A stretch of DNA of 64,000 nt from Eledone cirrhosa. Lineage: Eukaryota. Made by a program: the position numbers and the translations under genes. The notes under the pieces are model-generated. The model was not told where the DNA came from. It was given only the letters and a program-made list of their open reading frames with translations, and ran no database searches. Below, piece after piece: positions 13,095-26,270 of this stretch (position 1 is the stretch's first letter; each line of letters starts with the position of its first letter). The stretch spans positions 44,268,001 to 44,332,000 of the forward strand of contig OZ024742.1 of the NCBI GenBank assembly GCA_964016885.1, given 5' to 3'.

Positions 13095-16000
13095 TCAATA
13101 ATTTGGAAATGTGATTGTGCATTAAAAATGGTAGGTCAAAACTATATAAGCCATTTTTTTTTTTTACTTAAAACATTTTTACTAGTTCACTAAAATAATG
13201 ATATATTTACAAAAATATTACAGTATTATTTACAAAACATTGAAAAATTTACATATAATTATCATTATTCAAGTAGTTCTTTTATTACAACATTCATAGT
13301 AAAACTGTCAATGACTTCAACTTTTCTTACATTATTTATCAGTATATAAATATTCCTATTTCTTGTCTTGCAGTCTTGTGTAAAGCAACACAAAGTTAAC
13401 CTCCTACTCCAACTTACTCTGTTTAATTTTTTTGCTCACCTTTTTGTTCTTTTCTAGTTATAGTAGTGTGACAAACACCCCAGTATTCTACTCACTTTCA
13501 TTTTACTTCTGTTGTCTCTCACTTTCTATGTTGTTTGACAGTCTCTTATTTCCACGCTATCTCCTTAATGTGACATCGAATAAATACATTTAGCTCTTTA
13601 TGATTTCTGGATTATTATTAGCACTGTTGTGCACCAAAAAGTACTTTTAAATTCAGTTTTGCTATGCAGGCCTTCATGTCACTGTATTTAGGGTCTATGT
13701 AAGACATTAGGAAGAGTCATTGTGTATGGGAAGAGTAACCTGGTCTGCTTTTAGATATATTTCTTCACCACTCCAAACTCTTTTCAAATATACACTACAA
13801 AAACAAGAAAAGAAAACAAAGCAATATAGTTGGACAGAATATCTCAGCTACAAGATGGCAAAAATATTGCCATGAAAAACAGCCAGTGATGTCTGCTGCA
13901 TTACCAATTCCACTTCCCAGCTCTCAACAACAACTGTTGTAGTATGGAGACTATCTATTAGTGACTGATGTTAAATCATATTCTTCTCTGCATTGTGGGT
14001 AGCATCACCTGGCTTTTTAACCAAAGTGATAGCATGAACTATTTCAAGCAAACCATTTAATGAATCATTGTTCAATTTGACAGTGCTATATGCCGCTTAG
14101 TGTGGAGGGCTATATATTTTTTGTGGTGCATGCTTGTATCTAGTTTGTGATTGAGAATTAAATATCTAGTAAATTTGATTGTAGATGCATGGAACACAGT
14201 AATATGCTGTTAACATCTGAACCAGTGAGACACATTGGTTAGTAAACAAATTAACCCAACACCTCAAAAATGAAATAAAAAATAAATGATTATGAACATA
14301 GACAATCTTAAATGAGGAATGTATTATGCAATACTAAATGTCTAACCATTAAAAGGCGGCAGGAGGGAAAGAGATAGTTGGAGTGTGGGATTGGTTAGAG
14401 TTGAAATGAGGTTTTATGATGTATTAGCTGAAGACATGCTGTGACACTCGTAAAAGTTAATAACATTGAGTATTGTAGTTTAGTGAATAGTATATATACC
14501 ATGGTAGGAGAGCAAATGGTCAGAGTACATAAAGCAGTTTTATTATACAGAGGTAATTTCTAACCCCTTTGATATCAAACTGCCTGAAACCTCCCATCAT
14601 ACTTCATGTAAAGAACTTTTATGTTTCAAATACCAGCTTTATAATGAGAAAATTATATTACTGAATGTCTCCAAATATTAAAAATTATTTGAAAACCATA
14701 AACAGTGTTTTTCACAAGAAATATGGCAATGAAAAGGTTAACAATGTATTTTTTTTTTTACTGGATTTTCTGTAGTATATTTAGGGTATGCCATTCTGCC
14801 TTAGTCTGCATCCCTTTTAAATTGGAAGGGAAATGCTACTATGTGCTGCCTGGGACAGTCCTTGGGTTTGCCACTCCTCATAATAAGTACAGTATATTGC
14901 ACAGTGACTCCCTCTTAAAGTGCCACCCCCATAAAAGTGTCATCTGAGGAAAGCTGCTTCTCACCCCCTAGTGCCAGCTACACTACTGTGCAAAGAGCGG
15001 AGTAGAGAAGATATATTCAGCTATTGAATGTTATAAAAAAAAAAAATTTTTAGTCAGAGAGGGAAAGGCAATGCCCATGACTTTTTTTGGTGGGGTCTTT
15101 AAAATTGGGAGGAGGGTAGGAGAATGGTACTTTCAAACTAGAGATTAGGTCTGAATGCTTGCAACAAGATAGACTCCACTAGAGTCACCCAAGAGCCAGA
15201 TGGTGGTGTTAAACTGAGTGGCCATAAAGTTACTGTTAATTTAATGCAAAGGAGCACTAAAAAGTTTAGAAATAATAGTTTCACTGAAACCATAAGAAAC
15301 AAGCTTAAACATGATGTTATTCTGATTTAAATTTCTTTCTTAGATACAAAATTTTGTTGGGGGATGAACTATAATTTATTAACTTGGGTTTTAAGAAGAA
15401 AGATAAGGTAAATTGCTAAATTTATTGCTAATGATTCAACATTAAACACAAATTATGTTTTGAGAAAAAATCAATATTTTCTTAAGGATGAATATTATTT
15501 TAATTATTTCGGCAAGGATAGAAGGCAACTCCAGACATGTTTTTGTCTTATGATCTAACTTGCAAAACATAGACATCACCAAAGTAGTGATGAAGGAATA
15601 TCTAAGTAATTGTACAATATTGTACACTGGTTGGCATAAAAAATTAAATTGCTTCGAAAATAAATATCCAGAGACACCATCCACATAGAAAACAATAGTA
15701 AATCACATATAGAGGAGAATTAATATATATTTGTGTCTCAGGCTTTGTTTAGGTGTTTAAATCTATTTTGGCAAGTTGGCTTTGTTCTATGCACCTCAGT
15801 TCACTTAGCTATCATGTGGGATTATTACCTACAATTGATAGGCAAGCATTCTATACAAGATTGGAATGAGTAAATTATCTCTCACATTCCTCAGCTTATA
15901 TATGAACATCAAACTAAACACCAGTCCCTTAGAACATTGGGTTTATTTCCTCTTTTCATTTTTATATCCTCTACTCTTGTTTGTATTAGCCGAAGTATAA

Positions 16001-17100
16001 TGAAAGGTCAACAGCTTCTAGTTCTTTACTTCATTGGCTTCTAGTGTCAGAACTTCAGCATCATTCCATGCAATAACTCCTGTATGGCAATACTATGCTG
16101 TAACCTCACATGTTGTAGTCAATCTAATAAAAGTTCAGTGTTGTAATTTCAATTGAAGTGTCAGAATTACTGCAACTTAAATTGATTTGGAATTTAAAAC
16201 TTCTGGGGGAGAACTTGACCACGCGGATAGTGCCTAGGGCATTCCATTCAGTATCTGAATATTGAAAATGTTGCTCTACTGGAATAATAATCTGGCATTA
16301 TATCTAGAAGAGAACTTATTGCTCATTTATTTTATGTTACAGAAACTGAAATTGAATTCTGCCCCTATTGATTTTTGTCTGTCAAAAAATGATTAGCTTT
16401 CAGCAAAGTGGAGCGGGTGGGTGTTTGAAAGATTTTAATTGAATTTTTAAAAACATTTTTTATCTCTTTTTCTTATGCAGTCTGAAATTTCAAATTTATA
16501 AAATATTGTTTCATACACTAAAGTCTTAAGGATGAAGAAAAACCAGAAAATCGTACAAAGGGACCCCCCCCCCCCCCCAAAAAAAAAAAAAACCCCTGAA
16601 GATATAAAAAAAATTGATTTGCCTAAATATTTGAGTTAAATGATTAATATTTGTACTCTTTGGATAGTTTAATACAAAGACCTGATTCATGAGTGCCTTT
16701 AGTAGAGTTCACTCTGTTGTAAACATTCAAGCCAGGCCTCCTGTTTGAGAATAACTTTCTTCTCCCAACCAGTCATGGAGGCCCTGAAAAGACTAATGAG
16801 TTATGCTTTTTCTTCTGACAAAACTATTTAAAACCCCCCAAATCCAGTCCTATCTCATCATTTCTGTTTTGATCCAAGACATCTTTAATCCTTTTTTGGC
16901 GGGAGGAGGGTGTCAAAATACATAATGATCAAAGCTGAGAGACTGGCAGAATTTTTAGAGCATCAAATAGTATGCCTTATGGTAGCTGTTCTGGCTCTGT
17001 GTAATCCTGCCCTCTATCTCTGGAAAAAATGAGGATATGTTGATAAGATTAGGGCCTTTATCATTAAAGTACCCAAGAAACTTTTAATATGATGCCATCT

Positions 17101-17528
17101 CATAAAAGGCTGGCTATACCCTACATAGGTGTAGATTGTAACAACAATATTTCTCTTTTGAAAAACACTTTCCCCATGTTTTTGTTAAATATTTAATTAG
17201 TCAGAAATTAAACTATTGTCTATATCACTCTCTCTTTCTACTTCTCTTTCTATCTCACCATCATCATCACATTATGCTCATATTCTATATGTTGGCATGC
17301 TTTCTAATGACTGGATGCCCTCCCTCACACCAACAATTTGCACACTTAAATGTAAACACACACATGCACGCACACGCACGTCCTTTTGATTATATATTTT
17401 TTTCATTCCTTTTCATAAAAGGCTGGCTATACCTTACATAGGTGTGAGCTGTAACAGCAATATTTCTCTTTTGTAAAACACTTTTCCCATGTTTTTTGTT
17501 AAATATTTAGTTAGTTAGAAATTGAACT
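17101..17528 (+). repeat. Local direct duplication of ~115 bp (17101-17214 and 17414-17528)
   Basis: CATAAAAGGCTGGCTATACC..TACATAGGTGT..CAATATTTCTCTTTTG..AAACAC.. occurs twice with a few mismatches. Confidence 0.9.
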
Positions 17529-18429
17529 TAATGACCGTTTCACATTTAAAAAAATCTATTATTATTATTATTTCTTTTTAATACAAAATTGATTAGTTTA
17601 AAAATTATTCCATTAGTATTGATGTTCTTTAATGGATTCAAATATCAGATTTCATTTTTTAACTTTATTTTGAATTGAAATTTTAATTAATATATTACCA
17701 TCATAGTTTTTATACTTCCTTTTCCATGCTGTCATAGGCTGGATGAATCTTTATTGAAGCTAAATTCTATGATTGGATGCCCTTCTTGATGCTAACTCTT
17801 ACTGGTTTTTAAAGTTAGGTGTGGATTTTTGCATACCTATCCATCAAGACACAGGACTTTTGTTTATACAGGATATAAATAAATATCACTGCCTGTACTA
17901 ATATCAAAAGCAAAGTGAAGAGTCAGACAAACCTGCCCAAATACACACACACAATTATATGCCAGGCTTTGTACAGTTACTGCCTGCCAAATTCACCCCC
18001 AAAGCATTGTTTGACATGAGGCTATTGTCGATGCTTGTCCTGTCACTCAGTGAGATTGAACCTAAATGAAGTGATTTTATTTAACCAGTTATCATACTTT
18101 TCCCCTTTCCCCCCAACTTTGGTTTGAAAATATGAAAAAAATTTTTTAGTTTTACCATTTTTAACTTCTAACGGGGGGGGGGGGGGGGGGGGGGGGATGA
18201 AAAATACAAGAAAAAAAAAACAAAGAAAGAAACCAAACAAAAACCAAAATATCTATAAAAATGTCCATTATTTGTTAGGTTAATCAATCATTTGTGGCTC
18301 ATACTACAATTGGTTTACTTGGTTTGTGCTGATAATAGAAGTAAACCTGGTGTTGCCTGGGAAACAAAACTCTAAATTGGTAGCCAATTGTTCTGTGAAA
18401 ATTATTTAAGACAAAAAGCTTCCAGTCGG

Positions 18430-18827
18430 CACTGTAGGTGTTAATGCTTGTCACAACAAAAAGCACTCAGTTCACCCTGTCACAATAAAATGCACCCAGT
18501 TTATGCTGTAAAGTAGTTGGCATTAGGAAGGGCATCCAACTGTAGATACCAAATCAGAAGTGGAGCTTATGAGCAAGACATAGTCACCTGACCAGTTTCA
18601 CCTCAGGAAGTAACCAATTTAACCCATGCAAACATAGAAAATATATTAAATGGTGATGATGATGATAATGAATCATCATCATCCTTGTTTAATGTCCACT
18701 TTCCGCGCTAGCATGGGTTAGACGGGAGTTGTCCCACTTGAGGCAAGGTTGGTCGGGTGACCGTGTCTCGCTCATATAGGACTATCTGGCAGGTTTTTTA
18801 CGGCTGGATGCCCTTCCTAACACCAAT
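18430..18827. mobile_element. Two RTE 3'-UTR fragments arranged tail-to-tail
   Basis: The + copy (TTAGGAAGGGCATCCA..(GAT)n) abuts the - copy ((CAT)n..GCTAGCATGGGTTAGACGG..GGATGCCCTTCCTAACACCAA). Confidence 0.75.
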
Positions 18828-19110
18828 AGGGTATTGATTGACTATCATAAAGTCGTGAGTTCGGTTCCCAGTAGCCCATTGTATCTTTGAACAAGACACT
18901 TTATTTCATGCTATCTCCCATCCATTCAGCTGTCAAAAAATGAGCTGTACCTATAATTTGAAGGGTCAGCCATGTTACATTCTGAGTGACGCTGAATCTC
19001 CCCGAGTACTACATTAAGAGTACATATCTGTGGAATGTTTAGCCACTTGCACGTTAATTTCATGAGCAGGCTGTTCATTTGATCGAATGAACTGGAACAC
19101 TTGTAAACAA
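18828..19110 (+). mobile_element. tRNA-derived SINE (second copy at ~46460-46760)
   Basis: B-box-like GAGTTCGGTTCC, CTTTGAACAAGACACTTTATTTC core, and shared body GCTGAATCTCCC..GGAATGTTTAGCCACTTGCACGTTAATTTCA. Confidence 0.75.
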
Positions 19111-19146
19111 CAGAGTGCCAGTTTATGTACGTATACTGTTTATTTA

Positions 19147-19266
19147 TGCATTTGTGATTAGATGTGTGTATTTCATATAGTGTATGTGCCTGTGTTTTTA
19201 TGCATGTGTGTATAAAAACACAGGCACATACACTATATGAAATACACACATCTAATCACAAATGCA
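19147..19266. repeat. Perfect inverted repeat, 55-bp arms with 10-nt spacer
   Basis: 19147-19201 is the reverse complement of 19212-19266. Confidence 0.95.
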
Positions 19267-21544
19267 CATTTCACATTTTTTCACTTTTGTTTACGATTAG
19301 ATGTGTCTTGTGTTTGTTTGTATGTGAGTGCTTGTGTGTGTTTTCAGTAAAGGGGTTGGTGTTAGGAGAATTAAGCCATAGAAACTATGCCAAAATATAA
19401 ACCATATGAACAAGGCGTAGTTATCTGACCATGTCTTGTCTTGAATCATGACAAAATCATGCCAGCATGGAAAATGGACATAAAATGATGATGGTGATGT
19501 TTGTATATTTATCTCTCTCCCATGAATGGCTGAAAATGACTTTTCTTTGTTGATAAAAGGAAAATATTTTTCAAAAATACCATATATGCTTGTCACACCA
19601 GTAGATAAGCTGCACTTCCAGTTTCCATACACCATTTACAATGTTTCGTATGTGAAGGTACAAATCACAGTATTACTTAGACATTGTAAAAATTCTTCCA
19701 TTTATTGGATCTATAAAGTCATGGCTTTGCTATAAATCATTATAAATCACACTATTTTCCTTTTGTCTGTTAGTCACACCTTTCCCCAAAGAAATACTTG
19801 AAAATCAAGCATGTTATTTATCTACTGGATCCAGAAAACTTAACTTCCAAATATTCAATACATATTACAGCTCATATCTATGCAGGTTTAACTGGCTTTC
19901 TATGAGGTTGTATTTTGTAAGAAGTTTCTTAGGTGTATTAATAGTAGGGTCCTCAGTATTATGAAAAACAACACAAAATGAAGTGTTTTGCTCAAGAACA
20001 CAATGTACATATTGTCCAATCAAAGAATCAAATCCATTGCCTTATGATTGTTATTTCAACACCCTAACCACTAAGCTAATCATCTTCACATATGTAAATG
20101 TTGTATGGAAAATGGAAGTGCAGCTTATCTACTGTTTTGACGAGTATATACAGTATTTTTGAAATAAATTGGAATCTGTTCATTTTCAATTCACTTTTGT
20201 TTAACAGAATGGAGGAAAAACAAAACAAAAAGAGTATGAGAAATGTTGAAAAATGTTAAAGGTGATTGGATTGTGCATAATAACAGCACTTGACACTGAG
20301 AAGTTTGAAGTGCTAGTTTTGAAGTAGCTTGTAGAATTTAAGTGGCTTCATGACTCAAACTCACATGGTTGTAGCCTCACATGATATGACATGAATGTCA
20401 GCCAGAGAAGCATAGAAGTGTGTTTCTCATTACTGATGCCATAACTTCTAATGGAACCATAAGGATCTTTAAGCCTGGCAGTGTTCATTCTTCCTTCTGG
20501 TTTCACTACAGCCGATTTCTTCTTCTTCTTAGAGAGAGAGAGAGATCAACTACAGTACTGGATCGCTACTTTTATTGAACTCCAAAAGGATGAAAGGAAA
20601 AGTAAGCCTTGGTGGGAATTGATTTCAGAGTACATAGAGCCAGAATAAATACCACAAAGCATTCTATCCCGTGCCTTAATGGCTCCTAAGAACTGGGGCT
20701 ACTGAAAGGAAGTAGTGATTTGTACTCCTAAAATAATTTAGAGGTTGTTTAATTAGATAAAGCCACCTCTACAGCCTTAAGCCAGAGTAAATTCTATTTC
20801 TGAGGAAAGGAAAAGACTAAATTTTGGGACACTGCTGTATTTGACTCTGGAATGTGAATTCTTTTTTTTTTTTTTTCTGTTTAGACAGTGGGAGAGAGAA
20901 ATGTATCTCTAAACCAGAGATCTGGTCTGAATGTTTGCATCAATGGACTCCATTACAGACATCCAAGGACCAGGTGGTGGTGTTAAACTGTGGGGGGGGC
21001 TGATTAAGTCTACTATACCCCTTACACATACACAAGTAGGCTATATCAGGATTTGATCTCAGAATGCTATGAGATGGAACAAATATTGCAAGGCATCTCA
21101 TTTGACTTTAACAATTCCACCAATACTACTATGGAGTGGTACTAATTTTATCAGCCCTGAGAGGATGAAAGGTAAAGTTGATCTCAGCCATATTTGGACT
21201 CAGAGTTCAGAGCTAGAACACATATTGTAAGGCATTTGGCTAACACTCATACATACACGCACACACGCACGCACACACACACACACACATGCATGCACAC
21301 ACACACACACACACTTGTTGTACAGTATATATATGTTGTACTGGAAGCTTTCTTGCCAGCTCTTAAATTTCTAATAGAAATAAGTGTCCACTTAACATGA
21401 AACGTGCATTAATAAATTGTCACGCAATAACTTTTGATCCAAGATGATAATGTTAGTTCCCACCCCCACCATTTATAACATAATCAAAAGTATGGGGGTT
21501 GGGTAGTGTTCTAATATCTTTGGTGAGGTTGATGTTGTTCAACT

Positions 21545-21905
21545 TTCATCATCATCATAATTTTATGTCAGTTTTCCATGTTGGCATGAATGTGTTGCCA
21601 CAACCCGACATGACAGGCTGGATATCCATGTCTTGTTCTTTTATTCCGTATTTTGGTATGCTTTCTATGACTAGATACCCTTCCCAATGCCAACCACTTT
21701 TCAGAGTGTACTGGGTACATGTTATCATATCACCAGCACTATCGCTTTACAGAGTGTACTAGGTACATTTTATCATGGTTCCAGCACTGCCACTTTACAG
21801 AGTGTGCTGGGTAAATTTTACCATGGCACCAGCACTGTCACTTTACAGTGTACTGGATGAATTTTATCATAGCACCAGAGAAATTGTCATGGGGCCAGCA
21901 AGACT
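21545..21905 (-). mobile_element. RTE 3'-UTR-derived element with internal ~44-bp tandem repeats
   Basis: (CAT)n tail, TTTCCATGTTGGCATG, CCCTTCCCAATGCCAACCAC, then about four CACTTTACAGAGTGT.CTGGGT..TTTTATCAT.G.ACCAG units. Confidence 0.7.
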
Positions 21906-22510
21906 GAAGAGACCTCTCTACCTTATATTGTTTCTGTTTATCACCAACTACTTTAAAGAGTGAACTCATGCATTTTATTGTGCCACCAGCATGAAAGGTT
22001 GTAAAGTCCTTGGCGAGACCAAAGAGTCTTCCTTACCTTGTGTAGAAGGAATTCTGGGGGGAACTTATTCTAGAGAGGAAGGAGTGGACTGAGTTTAGCA
22101 CAAGATGTAGGTGGTGAGAACCGTAAGGATAATGAGAGGAAAAGAGACAACCAGGGCATATGATACTACCATATTCATTCCAGGCTGTACGACTTAGAAG
22201 CTGAACAGCGTAGTAAGGAAATGAACACATATCAGCTTTTGATGAGTTGTAGTGCACCTGAGCATTGTACACAATATTTTCATTATTATTATTTATTATT
22301 ATTAACTCTTTTGATCCCCAAATGCTTGAAACCACTCTTGAATGTATGATATAAAAATGTTTGTTTTAAAGTGTTTATATTTAAAGAAAAACCTTCCATC
22401 ATAATTCTATGTAAATTAGTTATATAACTAAATTTTTCCAAATTCTTATTTTCAAAATTAATTTAAAATCATAATCAGTGATTTTTGTGACAAATATGGT
22501 AACAAAAGGC

Positions 22511-22726
22511 TTAACCCTTTAGCATTTACGTTACTCTATATATACTATTGTATTTTCGTGGTAAAGGCTTTATCTCACATAATATTGAATCTATGAGATT
22601 TTGATGTTATTTATTTTAAGATCAATACCTTAACATCAGCATGAGTGGCCAGTTATGGCAGGTTGGAACAGAAAGAGATGAGATAATTCTAGCTGGATAT
22701 GGCTGGTCTAAATGCTAAAGGGTTAA
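22511..22726. mobile_element. piggyBac-type MITE family A
   Basis: TTAA CCCTTTAGCATTTA ... TAAATGCTAAAGGG TTAA. Same body as the copies at 5010, ~35550-35753 and 44621. Confidence 0.85.
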
Positions 22727-23695
22727 GGACTGTCTTTTGATTTGCATGTGCAACATCAACCCACCCCAAACCAGGATCTGGTTCTATGAAACAAAACCAC
22801 CCATTTTAAAGAGTTCCTGTTTCAGATATGAGAGGTAGGGATAAGTAAGTTATGACAGTAGGTGAATGGTGGTGGTGTAGGATGACAAGTGTAATGCCAT
22901 ATGTGTAAGACAGGTGTGGTGGAGTTCAAACAGGTGGTGTAAGGGAAAGGAAGAGAGGTGTGAGAAATGACAAGTATGGTGGAGTTTCTCAGTGTATTTC
23001 ATTAGAAATATGGTAATGGAAAGAGTTACACCCCCATGACTTCCTTTATAATTTGCATTTGGTGTATAAAACTAGTTTTGTTTTTTTGCTGTTTTATGCC
23101 AGTTTAAGGAAGATATTGCAAGTAAGAGGTAGTCAAGTGTCTCAGGTGACTAACGGGTTTTATATAACCTCTGGTATCCTGTTATTTTGAATGAATAAGC
23201 TGTGGTTTGATGATTGGCACTTTTAAAAGTGTTCCTCATAGAACAATCCCTTCATTTAGCATGTTGCAGGAATTTAGAGTAGGCCTGAGAGTTGAAGTAG
23301 ATGTAACCAGCTATATATATAATTGTGTGTGTGAGTGTATGTGTGTGTGTGTATACATACATAAGTATTGTGGATGATTCTCCCTTTAGGAATATTGATA
23401 TATATGGTAGCAATTGATATTCTCTGAGAATCTCTCTCTGTTCGGCAGAGCTGTCAATGGATTTCATTCTGTCTATAATTGTTGGCTAAACACATGACGC
23501 AATAGTATTTCTGACAACTTCGTTCGCTGAAATTTATCTCTTCACAAACACAACCAAACTTATCTGCTGTTTACTGAATATTTTAGTTTTATAATTCCTA
23601 CATTCACCTACACACTCACACACACATCACCTATATATTACCCAACTCTTGCTCGTAGGGAAAGTGGACATTAAATTATATATTGAATGAATGAA

Positions 23696-23733
<38 letters not shown>

Positions 23734-24025
23734 TTCAAATATTTACTGAATGAGCTCTGCACATTCAGAGTAGAGATTTTATTTTCCAAAGAAAAATGAT
23801 TGGCAGTGATTTGGAAGTTTCTGGTATAATACCCCCATCCCCCTCTCTCCATTTTATTATAGAAATGACTTCTATAATAAGAAAGGACTTTCCTGATGAT
23901 TTCTTACAAACAGTTCTAGTCCAGTAGAAGTTATTTCTATAATAAAATGAATATGCCTATACTCTACTAATGTATTAAGTACCTTTTTTGACATTGGTTG
24001 CCTCCCAATTTACACTGGGATCCTC

Positions 24026-24614
24026 GTTTGTATTTATATTTTCAAAATGAATTTAAGTTTCCCCGATAAATTTTCTTTTCCTTTTGTCTTGTTTTCGTTC
24101 GTTCTTTTCTTTGTTAATTTTCCTTAGTTTAGTATTACTAATCTGTGACGAACATGTTCTCTCTTCTCCCCATTAATTTCAATGGTTTGCATTTTTAAAC
24201 ACAAGATCTTACTTTCTTCTTGCTTTTTTTTTTCCTTCTCTTTTCTCTTGTTTCAGGCTCATGAGATTTTCATTGCTATAAAAAATACAATACCCTCTCC
24301 TAGTCATCATATAACATTCTATGTGTACATATAGCTTAATTGCTAAGTTATTGTTTTATCATATCTCCTACTCCATGGACAGTGCTTTGGCTTGTGTCAG
24401 AGGATGTGACCCTGGGTTGACCAGCAGTATCGTTGGTAGGGGTCAAAACTGCCAGAGGTCCATCTCAACGGTTGAAGACTTTGGAGTTCTTTGTCTTTCG
24501 TTTGTATTTTTATTTTAAAAAAAAAAAAAAAATGGTTAAGATTTCCTTTTAGAAAATATTTTTCGTTTTGCATTGTTTTTTGTTTGTTGCCTTTTGTTTA
24601 ATTTTCCTGAGTTT
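24026..24614 (+). mobile_element. Unclassified repeat with partial direct terminal repeat and structured core (homologue at ~53067-53360, - strand); possibly Penelope-like
   Basis: 24320-24603 aligns by eye with the reverse complement of 53067-53360. 24026-24130 resembles 24499-24614. Confidence 0.6.
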
Positions 24615-25476
24615 CATCATCATTATCATCATCATCATACGTCCGCTTTTCCCTGCTTGCAAGGGTGGGACAGGTCTTATTCAGCACAGCATATATCCAC
24701 TTGTCACGGTCCTTGAAAAATGTGTCTATCAATGCGACTTCTACTGTCTAATTTCCCTGTACATCTAGTGCATACATATTTCTCCCTACCTGTTTGTTTG
24801 CCTGCTATCCCGCTACATCTCTTGTGTACCCAGGATCTGCATTGTGTGCATTTTATAGAATTTATGCCAGTTCCTTTTCTGCATATCGAACATGGCCATT
24901 TCCCTGACGGAATCAGAGTTTTGTCCTCTTTTCTACTCATCAACACTTTTGTCTTAGCTATGTTCACTCTCACTCCTCTTGCTTCCAACTGCTGTTTCCA
25001 TAGCCAGAATTTATTCTCTAGCTCCTCTACTGATTCTGCTATAAGAACCAGATCGTCAGCATAGAGTAGTTCCCATGGACAGCCAGTCTTAAACTCCTCT
25101 GTTATGGCTTGGAGGACTATAATGAACAAGAGCGGGCTGAGGACTGAACCTTGATGTACTCCTACTTGTATCTGGAATTCCTCACTAAACTCCATTCCTA
25201 CCCTGACTTTACTGAGAGTACCTCTGTACAAAGTTTGCACTGTCCTCACAAGCCATTCCTCAACACCTAGTTTCATTAGGGACCACCAGATGACAGATCG
25301 GGGTACCCTATCAAAGGCCTTCTCTAGGTCAACAAAGGCTAAGTATAGTGGCTTATTTTTATCTAAGAACCTCTCTTACAATTGTCTCATAAAGAAGAGG
25401 GCATCTGTTGTACTCTTCCCAGGCACAAAACCAAACTGCATCTCATCTAGTTTGACCCTTGCTCTAATTAGTTTAT
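24615..25476 (-). mobile_element. Truncated, internally deleted RTE LINE (RT plus PHD-like finger)
   Basis: QFGFVPG, YLAFVDLEKAFD, GVHQGSVLSP, ELLYADD and C4HC3 finger. It then jumps to the terminal DRDKW helix and a (TGA)n tail. Confidence 0.92.
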
Positions 25477-25477
25477 A

Positions 25478-25831
25478 CTAGCAGATTTACCCAGCGTTGC
25501 TCGGGGTTTGAAATTATGCTAAGAATATACAGTTAGAAAGTAAAAGAACATTATTTGTCCCAACCTGTCAAAATAAGCAGTCTCTTTATAAGGATTGTCA
25601 ATAAAGTTGGTTATCTCCTTTACATCAATTTTGCTACCGATAATTTTGATATCGATTTTTTTTATTGCTCAACGTGGGTCGAATGGAAAAATTTTTGTGA
25701 CGTGACCATCTTAGCGACCTGTGCAACGTGCACAGAAAATTTGGTCAAATTCGGTTGGTAATTGTAAAAGCCTTAGGTATGCAAAGTTGTACACAGACAC
25801 ACACACATCCTTGCTTTTATATATATAAAGA
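25478..25831 (-). mobile_element. Non-autonomous Helitron
   Basis: Minus strand 5' A|TCTTTATATATATAAAAG. 3' hairpin CCCGAGCAACGCTGGG then CTAG|T. No TSD. Confidence 0.85.
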
Positions 25832-26231
25832 TATATAAACTAATTAGTTTATATATATAAATATATAGATGGCTGACTAACAATAATACATGCTTTCTCC
25901 TCTCTTGTTTTTTTTCTTATTCTTTTTTTTACTTTCGTCTGTCTTCCTTTTTCTTTTTTCTCCAAGACATCCTCTCTTCTCTCTGTTTTGTTCAGCTCAT
26001 GAAGGACTAGCATCTGAAACTTTGTGATTCTTTTTCAACTATATCAAGCTTTAAACTAAGATACTGTTATTATGTCATACACTTCTATATTTTTTCTTGT
26101 TGACTTTTCTTTTATATACACATATATGGTATACATTCCACTTCTCTGTGTTCTCAGTTCAAATCCAGTTGTTGTCAACTTTGCCTTTCACCTCTAAGAT
26201 CAATAAAAAAAGTACTACTCCAGTTGGGTTG

Positions 26232-26270
<39 letters not shown>

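Noticed and set aside
18173-18197. Poly-G run as a functional G-quadruplex
   Set aside because: A simple homopolymer like the poly-C runs at 16.56, 33.24 and 57.29 kb, with no supporting context
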